A stretch of DNA of 17,705 nt from a virus: UHGV virus genome UHGV-0090138; one strand, given 5' to 3'. Position numbers and translations under genes: made by a program. Within the stretch, counting starts at the first letter, position 1; every line of letters starts with the position of its first letter. The notes beneath the pieces are model-generated. The model saw only the letters and a list, made by a program, of their open reading frames with translations. It was not told the DNA's origin and did not search any database. Of the stretch, positions 1 through 8,575 are shown one piece after another.

Positions 1-298
1 GGAGAACACCGGCAAGTCCCATAACCGCCATGAGGCGCGCCACTGTACATCTGGCCACCCTGATTCCTTCCCGTAACAACTGGCGCCAGACTTTACGCAC
101 ACCGTACACCTGATGATTTTCATCGTATACGCGCTGTATCTCTCTCTTCAGCCAGTCATCGCGCTGTGCATGTGCACTGCGTTTATCAGGATGATGTCTC
201 TGTTGCTGACAGTGGTAATACGTTGACGGGGCAATATGCAGTTCACTGCATACCGGTCCGACCCCGTACTGCTCACGCAGCTTATCCAGCAGTGGCAT
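1..298 (-). CDS. IS3-family transposase OrfB, N-terminal ~99 codons (continues beyond window start)
   Basis: ATG at 298..296 overlaps the OrfA stop (ATGA); frame stays open to position 1; translation [29 protein letters not shown]... matches IS629-type OrfB from memory. Confidence 0.7.
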   Translation of the reverse strand, partial: MPLLDKLREQYGVGPVCSELHIAPSTYYHCQQQRHHPDKRSAHAQRDDWLKREIQRVYDENHQVYGVRKVWRQLLREGIRVARCTVARLMAVMGLAGVL

Positions 299-624
299 CA
301 TTTTTTCCAGAGGCGGTCGAACTCCGCCTTCGCAAAATAAGCGGAAGCCTGGCGAAGGATATCGTTACTGCGGCGCAGTTCACGATTTTCACGTTCCAGC
401 TCTTTCAGACGCTGACGTTCAGCGGTGGTGAGCCCTCCATCACCGCCCCCGGTATCCCGCTCATGCTGGCGAACCCAGACACGCAGAGTCTCCGGCGTAC
501 AGCCAATCTTTGGGGCAATGGAACAAATTGCCGCCCACTGTGAGTCATATTCATCCTGACTTTCCAGAACCATACGGACTGCCCGTTGACGGACTTCGGG
601 GGAAAAACGAGTATTTTTAGTCAT
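298..624 (-). CDS. IS3-family transposase OrfA (HTH/leucine-zipper subunit), 108 aa
   Basis: ORF-track translation [57 protein letters not shown]...[34 protein letters not shown] recognised as IS629/IS1203 OrfA. Confidence 0.9.
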   Translation of the reverse strand: MTKNTRFSPEVRQRAVRMVLESQDEYDSQWAAICSIAPKIGCTPETLRVWVRQHERDTGGGDGGLTTAERQRLKELERENRELRRSNDILRQASAYFAKAEFDRLWKK

Positions 625-649
625 CCTGTTTACCTCTTTCTCAGGAAGT

Positions 650-1024
650 TTAGTCTCCAGGATTCCCGGGGCGGTTCAGTTCAGCATCTGCTGTAAGTCT
701 TGGGCTTTCTCCATCGCCCATGCTGCTGGCTCCGGTCTTTGACTTTGCACAGGAGGCGGCGACTTGCAGCCGCTTACGCCCAGCAGAAACATCATCACGG
801 AGACTTTCGATAGTCGCGTTAGCATCAGCAAGCTCCTTTGTATATCTGGCATCGAGTTCTGCTACGTCACGTTGACGCTTCTGCATGTCAGCGATGATGG
901 ATGTGGCTTTGTCGCGCTGTTCTTTGTAGGTCATGGCGTTATCACGGTAATGATTAACAGCCCATGACAGGCAGACGATGATGCAGATAACCAGAGCGGA
1001 GATAATCGCGGTTACTCTGTTCAT
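650..1024 (-). pseudogene. Rz: Rz i-spanin, C-terminally truncated by the IS insertion (phage-derived codons 679..1024; last 9 codons and stop are IS sequence)
   Basis: [30 protein letters not shown]...YTKELADA... matches lambda-family Rz; ATG 1024 overlaps the endolysin stop (ATGA); frame runs into the IS terminus at 678 after ~115 of ~153 expected codons. Confidence 0.75.
676..825 (-). CDS. Rz1: Rz1 o-spanin lipoprotein embedded in Rz (+1 frame); its stop codon is supplied by the IS terminus, so probably truncated
   Basis: My translation [49 protein letters not shown]: signal peptide plus lipobox (VSGC) followed by a proline-rich mature segment, inside Rz; TGA at 678..676 lies in IS-derived sequence. 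Confidence 0.45.
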   Translation of the reverse strand: MLTRLSKVSVMMFLLGVSGCKSPPPVQSQRPEPAAWAMEKAQDLQQMLN

Positions 1025-1518
1025 TGCTGACCCCACAAACAGATTTCACGCTCAATCTCACGACGAGTCATGAGACCTTTCCATTGCTTACCGCCAGCAT
1101 ATGTCCAGCGACGTAGCTGATCACATGCGCCTTTGATATCGCCCTGGTTTATTTTGCGAAGAAGCGTCGATGTTCTGAAATTGCCAGCACCCACGTTGTA
1201 AACGAATGAGTAAAGAGCGCCGCGCATTGTTTCCGGTATATCGACTTTGATGTACGGGTTAATTTGTCTGGCGACCGTGGCAAGGTCTTTATTCAGGAGG
1301 GCTTTGCATTCTGCTTTGGTATACGTTTTACCGAGCATGATGTCTTTTCCTGTATGCCCGTGACATACAGTCCATACACCAACAATATCTTTGTATGGTA
1401 TGTAGCTGACACCTTCCAGACCATCGTTACCACTTGGGCCAGTAATTAACACTGATGCTATAGCAATTGCTCCGCCACCAATAGCAGCAGCAACGGCTTT
1501 TCGTAATGATGGAGGCAT
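1021..1518 (-). CDS. R: SAR endolysin (phage-21-type lysozyme R), 165 aa
   Basis: N-terminal signal-anchor-release segment ([20 protein letters not shown]) followed by a lysozyme domain; overlaps the holin stop and Rz start as in lambdoid lysis cassettes. Confidence 0.9.
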   Translation of the reverse strand: MPPSLRKAVAAAIGGGAIAIASVLITGPSGNDGLEGVSYIPYKDIVGVWTVCHGHTGKDIMLGKTYTKAECKALLNKDLATVARQINPYIKVDIPETMRGALYSFVYNVGAGNFRTSTLLRKINQGDIKGACDQLRRWTYAGGKQWKGLMTRREIEREICLWGQQ

Positions 1519-1733
1519 TATTCACCTCTCGCAGCCTTGCGCTTATCTTCTTTAATCTTGAAATAAAGGTTTGTCAGGTACGTCAGCAGGCCAAATACCA
1601 GGCTACCCAGCACACCTATTGCTGCCCACTGTGAGGGCGTGACTTTATCGAGCAGCTGTAAAAACCAGTAACCGGCACTACCTGCTGAGGTGCCATAGGC
1701 GACACCCGTTGTTAACTTATCCATGGATTTCAT
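1518..1733 (-). CDS. S: Pinholin S (phage-21-type), dual-start MKSM motif, 71 aa
   Basis: [28 protein letters not shown]...[17 protein letters not shown] resembles S21 pinholin; start refined from the ORF-track start (1778) to the MKSM motif; RBS-like GAGGTGGGG upstream; stop overlaps the R start. Confidence 0.85.
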
Positions 1734-2321
1734 AACCCCACCTCGCAGACAAAGCGGGTGTAAATTGAGGGAATACAACGTATCGCAAAAAAGCAGAAAC
1801 GTAACAGACTCGGAGTCAGTGAATAACTCAGGTATTGAGTTATCAGCTAATATCGAGACTCAAAAAATGGAAAAACCAGCTCGACGGCGGGTTTAAGCTG
1901 TGTGACGAAGTAACCACTCTTAACAGCATAACCAATTTTTTACGTACGTAAACCACTGAATGATATTTATGAGAATGCTACCGAGTGTTCAAAACTCCAC
2001 CACAAATACATAAGAAAACCTCAACAAATAACCAATAAATAATTTCAGACGTTATTTTTAGTTGATTTAAATTAAACTGCCGAATTATAGAACCCCCATA
2101 AATAACAGCCATTAATATAAATTAGCTAATAGGTTTATTTTTGTTCAAATAAGAGCCATAAATAGGTTTCGATAGAAAAAGTTCAGATAAAAATAGAGAT
2201 CTACTTCACAAATTAAATGAGAAACTAAAACTTACATCTTGAAATAATCACATTGATTAGATGAATATTTATCGCGCAGTGACATCATTTTTTAATAATA
2301 GTTCAAAAAAAAGGGCTCACG

Positions 2322-3404
2322 ATGAAAAAATTAACAGTGGCAATTTCTGCTGTAGCTGCATCAGTACTGATGGCGATGTCTGCTCAGGCAGCTGAAATTT
2401 ATAATAAAGACAGTAACAAGCTGGATCTGTACGGGAAAGTTAATGCTAAGCACTACTTCTCCTCTAATGATGCAGATGATGGTGATACTACTTATGCCCG
2501 TCTTGGCTTCAAAGGTGAAACCCAAATCAACGATCAACTGACTGGTTTCGGTCAGTGGGAATATGAATTCAAAGGCAACCGCGCTGAATCTCAAGGTTCC
2601 TCCAAAGACAAAACCCGTCTTGCATTTGCAGGCCTGAAATTCGGTGACTACGGCTCAATCGATTACGGCCGTAACTACGGTGTAGCATACGACATCGGTG
2701 CGTGGACTGACGTTCTGCCAGAATTCGGTGGCGATACCTGGACCCAAACAGATGTATTCATGACTGGTCGCACCACAGGTGTTGCAACTTATCGTAACAA
2801 CGACTTCTTTGGTCTGGTTGATGGCCTGAACTTTGCAGCTCAGTATCAGGGCAAAAATGACCGAAATGAAGTAACTGAAGCTAATGGCGATGGTTTCGGT
2901 TTCTCAACTACTTATGAGTATGAAGGATTCGGCGTGGGTGCAACCTATGCTAAATCTGATCGCACTAATAATCAGGTTATCTACGGTAACAACGGTCTGA
3001 ATGCTTCTGGTCAAAATGCTGAAGTATGGGCAGCTGGTCTGAAATATGATGCGAACAACATCTATCTGGCCACCACCTATTCTGAAACCCAGAACATGAC
3101 TGTTTTTGGTAATAACCATATTGCCAACAAAGCACAAAACTTCGAAGCTGTTGCACAATATCAGTTCGACTTCGGCCTGCGTCCATCCGTTGCTTACCTG
3201 CATTCTAAAGGAAAAGACTTGGGTGTTTGGGGTGATCAGGACCTGGTTGAATATGTTGATGTAGGTGCAACCTATTACTTCAACAAAAATATGTCCACTT
3301 TTGTTGACTACAAAATCAACCTGATTGATAAGAGCGATTTCACGAAAGCATCTGGCGTTGCTACCGATGATATCGTTGCTGTAGGTATGGTTTACCAGTT
3401 CTAA
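2322..3404 (+). CDS. OmpC/OmpF-family outer-membrane porin (prophage moron, NmpC/Lc-like), 360 aa with signal peptide
   Basis: Signal peptide [30 protein letters not shown], porin motifs ([13 protein letters not shown]..., C-terminal ...VAVGMVYQF); on the strand opposite Q and the lysis genes, as for nmpC in DLP12. Confidence 0.85.
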   Translation: MKKLTVAISAVAASVLMAMSAQAAEIYNKDSNKLDLYGKVNAKHYFSSNDADDGDTTYARLGFKGETQINDQLTGFGQWEYEFKGNRAESQGSSKDKTRLAFAGLKFGDYGSIDYGRNYGVAYDIGAWTDVLPEFGGDTWTQTDVFMTGRTTGVATYRNNDFFGLVDGLNFAAQYQGKNDRNEVTEANGDGFGFSTTYEYEGFGVGATYAKSDRTNNQVIYGNNGLNASGQNAEVWAAGLKYDANNIYLATTYSETQNMTVFGNNHIANKAQNFEAVAQYQFDFGLRPSVAYLHSKGKDLGVWGDQDLVEYVDVGATYYFNKNMSTFVDYKINLIDKSDFTKASGVATDDIVAVGMVYQF

Positions 3405-3419
3405 TTTGATTACTAAAAG

Positions 3420-3500
3420 ATATGTTGTGGGAGGCTTTGCCTCCCCAACATATAAGTGGCTCCCTCAAGCCACTTCCTTTAGAAGCACAACCTTGCTTCT
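3420..3500. other. Cluster of three consecutive stem-loops just downstream of the porin stop
   Basis: Inverted repeats atatgttgtgggaggc/gcctccccaacatat (3420..3454), aagtggct/agccactt (3454..3475) and agaagca/tgcttct (3481..3500); none is followed by a clear U-run. Confidence 0.5.
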
Positions 3501-3540
3501 AACTATACAAACCTTCTGTTATATATTACCCTTTATTTTT

Positions 3541-3566
3541 GGGGGCGTTTCAACGCCCCATTTTTA
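3541..3566 (+). terminator. Rho-independent terminator (likely porin terminator)
   Basis: GC stem ggggcg-tttcaa-cgcccc followed by attttt on the plus strand. Confidence 0.6.
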
Positions 3567-3592
3567 ATAACTTTTAGTAAATAATTGGCGTA

Positions 3593-3976
3593 TTAATTAG
3601 AGTTATTAACAACGATATCCATCTCTAACCGGATATCTAATGCCATTAACATCCCTTCAATTATGCCCTCAGCCTTCTGTAACCTTTTCCCGATATAACC
3701 ATCAGAGCAGCAATGCTTACCTGCCAGTGACATGAATGTCATACCGACTACATAATAATCTACTAATAAATCGTGCAAATCGCTGTTGTTCTTTTTCAGA
3801 CGGGCCATGCACCCGCAAATGATCATCGCGTCATCGTCACAACATTGCGGGCGAGATTTTACTTTTGAAGTAATTAATCCCTTAAAACCGGCGGCAATGG
3901 ACGACCAGGTCACATCTTCATGATTATTAGCCGCCCACGCTCCCCAACGCTCAAGAACCATCTGAATATCACGCAT
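3593..3976 (-). CDS. Q: Late-gene antiterminator Q (QuuD-like), 127 aa
   Basis: [34 protein letters not shown]... recognised as DLP12-type Q; start refined from the ORF-track start (3991) to the MRDIQ methionine. Confidence 0.85.
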   Translation of the reverse strand: MRDIQMVLERWGAWAANNHEDVTWSSIAAGFKGLITSKVKSRPQCCDDDAMIICGCMARLKKNNSDLHDLLVDYYVVGMTFMSLAGKHCCSDGYIGKRLQKAEGIIEGMLMALDIRLEMDIVVNNSN

Positions 3977-4061
3977 CAACTTACTCCACAAAAATCAGAC
4001 CAGAACGCCAATTACAAGCAAAAATCAACAAAACAGTATTAGTTGATTGTTATCTCTGACT

Positions 4062-4202
4062 TCATACTCCTGCTCCTGTCAGTGTTTTGGCGTAATTCTT
4101 CAGTATTCGGTAATCGGTCAAAACAGAACCGGGGAAACGATATAAGCGCAGGCGCACCCAGCGGCGGCGAAGACGCTCTGCCATATAAGACTCAAACATC
4201 AT
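4062..4202 (-). CDS. ylcG: Small protein YlcG-like, 46 aa
   Basis: My translation [46 protein letters not shown]; start overlaps the rusA stop; position between rusA and Q matches DLP12 gene order; identity from memory only. Confidence 0.45.
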   Translation of the reverse strand: MMFESYMAERLRRRWVRLRLYRFPGSVLTDYRILKNYAKTLTGAGV

Positions 4203-4561
4203 TCATCTCCCAGTTCGGTGATGGTCAGTTCCAGCCTCCCACCTTTGGTAACAGGCATCTTCACAACGCGGTAATCAACGACCTGAGCATCATCCAGCCA
4301 GAAACCTGCTTTAGTGAGTGCGTCAAAAGCGGCTTTTTGCAGATTATCCAGGTCACGGCGACGGCGATCCGGCATGTGGCACTCAATACGGATTTTCACT
4401 GGCATAGCCAGGCCGACATCCAGCATTGCGTTTTTAATGATTCGGGTGACGTTATCGCGGTATGCCTGCCCTTCTGCGCTGATGTGCGTGCGCCCGCGAT
4501 TATGCCGGTAGTAGCGGTTATTGCTCGGAGGCCAGGGTAATGTGATGCTGTAGGTATTCAC
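4199..4561 (-). CDS. rusA: RusA Holliday-junction resolvase, 120 aa (GTG start)
   Basis: [26 protein letters not shown]...[28 protein letters not shown]... recognised as RusA; start codon reads GTG and overlaps the stop of the upstream frame. Confidence 0.9.
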   Translation of the reverse strand: MNTYSITLPWPPSNNRYYRHNRGRTHISAEGQAYRDNVTRIIKNAMLDVGLAMPVKIRIECHMPDRRRRDLDNLQKAAFDALTKAGFWLDDAQVVDYRVVKMPVTKGGRLELTITELGDE

Positions 4562-4686
4562 GCCTTAATAACCCCCTCTTTCAGCCAGATAACCTGTGTT
4601 CTCGCCATACCTTCCAGCGCGCATTCTTTTGCATATGCAGCATCGACTTGCTTGGCATGCCCTTTACCGGCAATCTTCTGTATGCG
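4558..4686 (-). pseudogene. ybcO: ybcO-like (DUF1364) gene remnant: C-terminal ~42 codons only, no start codon
   Basis: Frame abutting rusA translates ...[28 protein letters not shown], matching the C-terminus of YbcO-like nin-region proteins from memory; an in-frame TAG at 4687..4689 closes the frame and no ATG/GTG lies upstream. Confidence 0.4.
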
Positions 4687-4767
4687 CTAAACCTAGATAG
4701 AATCCACTCTGTGCACATTGAAGCCCGCTCTATGCTTCCTTTCAGGTATTGAAGGGATTGAGATGGG

Positions 4768-5115
4768 CTAAGCATTATTGGCCTCCTGCATCAGGAGAAA
4801 GACAATCATGGCGGCGCGGAGAGGTCTGGTATCAAATATTGGGCTTACGCCTTTTGCATCCACACACCATTCAGTTAACTGGTCTAAGATAGAAATCCTG
4901 TATTTCTCAATAATCGGCCATGAAGCGCTCGGATCATTGCAGTAGTCAGGCAAATGATTTAATGGCTCAAAAGTTGTATCAGCATTTCCGTAATACCATT
5001 TGTTGGTGTTATTCCCTGATGTTTCCGGTTTACTTGCCCAAAGGCCTTTAAAAATTATGTCTCCTACCATTCTGTTAATTTCAAAATCACTTAACTGTGA
5101 ATAATCCATTGTCAT
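4768..5115 (-). CDS. Hypothetical nin-region protein, ~115 aa
   Basis: ORF-track frame; start set at MTMDYSQL..., whose ATG overlaps the ninE stop (ATGA), suggesting translational coupling; family not recognised. Confidence 0.55.
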   Translation of the reverse strand: MTMDYSQLSDFEINRMVGDIIFKGLWASKPETSGNNTNKWYYGNADTTFEPLNHLPDYCNDPSASWPIIEKYRISILDQLTEWCVDAKGVSPIFDTRPLRAAMIVFLLMQEANNA

Positions 5116-5288
5116 TTCCTCGCACGATATCTTAGCCACCGGATATCCCACAGGTGAGCTGTGTAATTGAAGGTTTTTACGTCAGATTCTTTTGGGATTG
5201 GCTTGCGTTTATTTCTGGAGCGTTTCGTTGGAAGGTATTTGCAGTTTTCGCAGATGATGTCGGTGAAACTTCGTCGCTGTCGCCTCAT
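5112..5288 (-). CDS. ninE: NinE, 58 aa
   Basis: [58 protein letters not shown] matches lambda NinE; AGGAGG RBS upstream; start overlaps the methyltransferase stop. Confidence 0.85.
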   Translation of the reverse strand: MRRQRRSFTDIICENCKYLPTKRSRNKRKPIPKESDVKTFNYTAHLWDIRWLRYRARK

Positions 5289-5812
5289 GCCGCCCTCCTG
5301 ACGCCCTGCCCGATCGCCATCAATGCCGCTTTGGATACGGTAGTAAACATCCGTCGAGGACTGATGAACGGTCGCCAAATCAGCAGCATGGAGCCTTTGC
5401 TGTTTCCCTTCTTCTCCAGCCCTGTCGATGGTTCGATAAAATTAATCCGTCCATCAGTGATAATGCGAACTTCGTCGACACTCTCCAGAGCCTTGCTGAA
5501 CCATCCGACTGACATATCCTCTGGCACAAGCATAACTACCGTCTGTCGCTGTTGTATGCACTGCTCAGCGGCTTTTTCCACCCACGGCCTGATATTGCTG
5601 TACGGTGGGTTATTCCAGATTGCACCGTGGCTTACCCACTCAGAATTGAGCGCGTCGTCGGCCTCAGTTAGCCAGTGAGCACACAGAGCATTTTTGTCGC
5701 TCGCTGCCGAATCCAGCCAGAATCCAAACTCAATATCCAGTGCATCAAAAAGCCAAAGCGGCGTTTGCCAGCAGTCCTTGTCGTGTGCTGGCGTATTTGA
5801 TTTGATAGTCAT
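5285..5812 (-). CDS. Phage Dam-type DNA N6-adenine methyltransferase (orphan), ~175 aa
   Basis: N-terminal [19 protein letters not shown] motif and catalytic NPPY motif (AIWNNPPYS); start taken as MTIKS (ATGA overlap with ninB stop), an upstream Met at 5830 is an alternative; no adjacent restriction endonuclease. Confidence 0.8.
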   Translation of the reverse strand: MTIKSNTPAHDKDCWQTPLWLFDALDIEFGFWLDSAASDKNALCAHWLTEADDALNSEWVSHGAIWNNPPYSNIRPWVEKAAEQCIQQRQTVVMLVPEDMSVGWFSKALESVDEVRIITDGRINFIEPSTGLEKKGNSKGSMLLIWRPFISPRRMFTTVSKAALMAIGQGVRRAA

Positions 5813-6249
5813 GCAGCCCGATCTCCCCATCTCGCTTTCCACTCCAGAGCCAGTCTCGCTTCGTCTGACCACTTAACGCCACGCTCTGTACCGAATGCCT
5901 GTATAAGCTCTAATAGCTCCGCAAATTCGCCTACACGCATCCTGCTGGTTGACTGGCCTATTACCACAAAGCCATTCCCGGCAAGGTTAGGAACAACATC
6001 CTGCTGCTTTAATGCTGCGGTAAACACACACTTCCAGCTTTCTGCATCCAGCCAGCGACCATGCCATTCAACCTGACGAGAGACGTCACCTAAGCAGGCC
6101 CATAGCTTCCTGTTTTGGTCTAAGCTGCGGTTGCGTTCCTGAATGGTTACTACGATTGGTTTGGTTGGGTCTGGAAGGATTTGCTGTACTGCGTGAATAG
6201 CGTTTTGCTGATGTGCTGGAGATCGAATTTCAAAGGTTAGTTTTTTCAT
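5809..6249 (-). CDS. ninB: NinB (Orf-family recombination mediator), 146 aa
   Basis: MKKLTFEIRSPAHQQNAIHAVQQILPDPTKPIVVTIQERNRSLDQNRKLWACLGD... matches lambda NinB; GGAG RBS. Confidence 0.92.
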   Translation of the reverse strand: MKKLTFEIRSPAHQQNAIHAVQQILPDPTKPIVVTIQERNRSLDQNRKLWACLGDVSRQVEWHGRWLDAESWKCVFTAALKQQDVVPNLAGNGFVVIGQSTSRMRVGEFAELLELIQAFGTERGVKWSDEARLALEWKARWGDRAA

Positions 6250-6322
6250 GACTTCCCTCTCCCCCAAATAAAAAGGCCTGCGATTACCAGCAGGCCTGTT
6301 ATTAGCTCAGTAATGTAGATGG

Positions 6323-6613
6323 TCATCTTTTAACTCCATATACCGCCAATACCCGTTTCATCGCGGCACTCTGGCGACACTCCTTAAAAATCAGGTTCGT
6401 GCTCATCTTTCCTTCCCGTTCTTCCCTAGTAGCAAACCGGTAATACACCGTTCGCCAGACCTTACCTTCGATAACCAGAAGACCTGCCCGTGCCATTTTA
6501 GCCGCGGCCTGATTTATGCTGGTTACTGTTGCGCCTGTTAGCGCGGCAACGTCCGGCGCACAGAAGCTATTATGCGTCCCCAGGTAATGAATAATTGCCT
6601 CTTTGCCCGTCAT
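6323..6613 (-). CDS. ren: Ren, 96 aa
   Basis: MTGKEAIIHYLGTHNSFCAPDVAALTGATVTSINQAAAKMARAGLLVIEGKVWRTVYYRF... matches lambda Ren. Confidence 0.92.
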   Translation of the reverse strand: MTGKEAIIHYLGTHNSFCAPDVAALTGATVTSINQAAAKMARAGLLVIEGKVWRTVYYRFATREEREGKMSTNLIFKECRQSAAMKRVLAVYGVKR

Positions 6614-7311
6614 ACACTTGCTCCTTTCAGTCCGAACTTAGCTTTAATTTCTGCGATCTTCGCCAGAGCCTGTGCACGATTTAGAGGTCTACCGCCCATA
6701 ACAGGAAGTTGTTTTACTGGTTCAGGTATCGTCTCACCACGGTTAATTCGCGCTGTCATACAGGTCAGTTCATCGGCAGCCTTGCGCCGTAATTCCGCAT
6801 CAGTAAGCGCATTGGCCCGCATGTTCTGATACAGGTTGGTAACCAGCCAGTAGTGCGCGTTTGATTTCCACGGATAAGACTCCGCATCCGGATACAGGCC
6901 TCGCTTCCGGCAATACTCGTAAACCATATCAACCAGCTCGCTGACGTTTGGCAGTCCGGCGATAACGGATGCTTCTTCCCGGCACCATGCAACAAACTGC
7001 CCGGGTGATGGCAGAAATGGTCGATTCTGCCGACGGGCTACGCGCATTCCTGCGTTAACCTGTTCCATCGTGGTGATCCCGTTTTCCCGAAAAGCCAGAA
7101 CCCACTGGCGACGGATTTCGTTCACTTCGTTCTGGTCACGGTTAGCCAGGCTCGCCGGGAAAGTTGCCAGTAACTGGCTGAACACACCGTTGATGATCTG
7201 CGCTACCTGCTGTACCTGCGGCTTTTCGTCGTACTGTTCCGGCATGTTGTTGGCGATCCGACGCATCTGCTCACGGTCAAAGTTAACCATCTGTGCGGCG
7301 ATGTTTTTCAT
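6610..7311 (-). CDS. P: Replication protein P (DnaB loader), 233 aa
   Basis: MKNIAAQMVNFDREQMRRIANNMPEQYDEKPQVQQVAQIINGVFSQLLATFPASLANRDQ... matches lambda P. Confidence 0.95.
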   Translation of the reverse strand: MKNIAAQMVNFDREQMRRIANNMPEQYDEKPQVQQVAQIINGVFSQLLATFPASLANRDQNEVNEIRRQWVLAFRENGITTMEQVNAGMRVARRQNRPFLPSPGQFVAWCREEASVIAGLPNVSELVDMVYEYCRKRGLYPDAESYPWKSNAHYWLVTNLYQNMRANALTDAELRRKAADELTCMTARINRGETIPEPVKQLPVMGGRPLNRAQALAKIAEIKAKFGLKGASV

Positions 7312-8207
7312 AGATCCACCCCGTAAATCCAGTCAGTGTTTGTCAGGTCGAGTTTTGGTTTTCCGGCTGTCACGCCAGCCTGTTGCTTGTTACGGTTGAT
7401 TTCGAGCTGGGTCCACTTGTCGCGGAGTTTGGCCGGACTCAGCACGTTACCGGACCAGAAGTTGTCCTGGCAGGCCCAGCGGAAAAGCACACACATATCG
7501 CGGTGGTTACGTCCGTCACGTTCACGCATCAGGCGGATATCGTTAGCCCACCCAGCAAAATTCGGTTTTCTGGCTGATGGCGCGATGGTCTTCACCATGT
7601 CAAACATCCACTCTGCGGCGGTCAGGTCTTCTGCTGTTCCCCACTTACTGCCGCTCTGAATTGCAGCATCCGGTTTAACCACAGAAAGATCGTTTTCTGG
7701 CTGGTCAGAGGATTCGCCAGAATTCTCGGACGAATAATCTTTTCTTTTTTCTTTTGTAATAGTGTCTTTTGTGTCCCCCTGTTTTGAGGGATAGCAATCC
7801 CCCAATTTGAGGGATGTTTTATCCCTCGTTTTAGGGGATTTTCCCTCGTTTTGAGGGATACACCATTCTGAGATGTTTTTATTTGGTCCAAACATGCCGC
7901 CTTGCTGCTTGATAATATTCATTCTGACGAGTTCTAACTTGGCTTCATTGCACCGTTTGACAGGTAACTTTGTAATCTCGCTAAGTTGAGAATCGGTGAT
8001 TCTGTCCATTGGTTTATTCCACCCATAGGTTTTACGCAGAATGGCAAGCAGCACTTTAAACTGTCGCTTGGTCAGATCTGCGCCTGAATAAGCCTCAAGC
8101 AGCATATTTGATAGTCTGGCGTAACCATCATCGAGATCTGCCACATTACGCTCCTGTTTGGCAAAGTTACCTCTGCAGAAGTTGAGTATTTTGGCTGTAT
8201 TTGTCAT
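7308..8207 (-). CDS. O: Replication initiator O, 299 aa
   Basis: MTNTAKILNFCRGNFAKQERNVADLDDGYARLSNMLLEAYSGADLTKRQFKVLLAILRKTYGWNKPMDRITDSQ... matches lambda O; contains the ori iterons. Confidence 0.95.
   Translation of the reverse strand: MTNTAKILNFCRGNFAKQERNVADLDDGYARLSNMLLEAYSGADLTKRQFKVLLAILRKTYGWNKPMDRITDSQLSEITKLPVKRCNEAKLELVRMNIIKQQGGMFGPNKNISEWCIPQNEGKSPKTRDKTSLKLGDCYPSKQGDTKDTITKEKRKDYSSENSGESSDQPENDLSVVKPDAAIQSGSKWGTAEDLTAAEWMFDMVKTIAPSARKPNFAGWANDIRLMRERDGRNHRDMCVLFRWACQDNFWSGNVLSPAKLRDKWTQLEINRNKQQAGVTAGKPKLDLTNTDWIYGVDL
7735..7860. repeat. Lambda-type replication origin: four ~18-bp iterons plus adjacent AT-rich region, inside O
   Basis: Four tandem copies of tccctc-N-gaggga-type iterons (about 7774..7791, 7798..7814, 7822..7838, 7842..7858) with AT-rich tttcttttttcttttgtaat beside them, as in ori-lambda. 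Confidence 0.9.
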
Positions 8208-8239
8208 AATGCCCCCTGTAGATTGATCCAGTAATTCCC

Positions 8240-8536
8240 TCAGAATTGCATATCAATTTGCTTAAAATCCTCGGTGGCGGCCGGGGATTTTTTCTTTGTG
8301 ATTTCAGCAAGCGCATACTTAAAAGCCCTGCTAATCGGACTGATGTCTGATGCCATTCCGAAAGCACACAAGACCGAAGCAATAAATCTCCAGTCCGTTC
8401 TGCTTATCTTCGATTCATGACAGCCAATCATCTTTGCCAGACCGCGCTGGGTAAGCGTTGATAGGTTGATGAGTAAATCTGTTTCTGCGCGATCAACGTC
8501 ACGCTGTGATAGTTTGCTGTAACTTGTTCGTTCCAT
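8240..8536 (-). CDS. cII: CII-family transcriptional activator, 98 aa
   Basis: Same size and position as lambda CII; C-terminus ...KKKSPAATEDFKQIDMQF parallels lambda CII ...KKRPAATERSEQIQMEF; divergent N-terminal DNA-binding part. Confidence 0.75.
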   Translation of the reverse strand: MERTSYSKLSQRDVDRAETDLLINLSTLTQRGLAKMIGCHESKISRTDWRFIASVLCAFGMASDISPISRAFKYALAEITKKKSPAATEDFKQIDMQF

Positions 8537-8575
8537 TTCTTAAGATTTCCAATAGTGAATAGTTAGTTGAAAGGT

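Larger units (their letters stand above)
1..678 (-). mobile_element. IS3-family insertion sequence (IS629/IS1203-like), partial; window starts inside the element, terminus at ~678
   Basis: Minus-strand OrfA ([19 protein letters not shown]...) with overlapping OrfB start ([15 protein letters not shown]...), the two-ORF layout of IS3-group elements; terminal sequence ggattcccggggcggttca (rc TGAACCGCCCCGGGAATCC) ends at 678 and breaks the Rz frame. Confidence 0.85.

Noticed and set aside
166-543. 125-aa plus-strand ORF
   Set aside because: Lies antisense across the IS transposase OrfA/OrfB junction; the real genes are on the minus strand.
764-1449. Plus-strand ORFs 764..967 and 1264..1449
   Set aside because: Antisense to Rz and the endolysin; no RBS and no recognisable product.
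2361-3203. Minus-strand ORFs 2361..2594, 2904..3203 and 2977..3186
   Set aside because: All lie antisense inside the well-supported porin gene.
1780-3600. Shiga-toxin genes or tRNA genes at the Q-S moron site
   Set aside because: No stx-like ORFs and no tRNA-like sequence were seen; the slot holds the porin gene instead.
4043-4775. ORFs 4043..4540 (+), 4314..4511 (+) and 4581..4775 (-)
   Set aside because: The first two are antisense to rusA/ylcG; 4581..4775 is out of frame with the ybcO-like C-terminal frame that actually abuts rusA.
5154-5876. Plus-strand ORFs 5154..5678 and 5694..5876
   Set aside because: Antisense to the methyltransferase and ninB genes, which are tightly coupled on the minus strand.
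7774-7858. Short tandem repeats considered as a CRISPR array
   Set aside because: Only four ~18-bp iterons with short AT-rich spacers inside the O gene; this is the lambda-type replication origin, not repeat-spacer architecture.
6572-7891. ORFs 6572..6829, 6765..6995, 7070..7399, 7336..7659, 7383..7577 and 7622..7891
   Set aside because: Alternative-frame or antisense ORFs inside ren, P and O; the low-complexity translation of 7622..7891 comes from the ori iterons.
8167-8382. 71-aa minus-strand ORF spanning the O-cII junction
   Set aside because: Out of frame with both O and cII, whose identities are secure.
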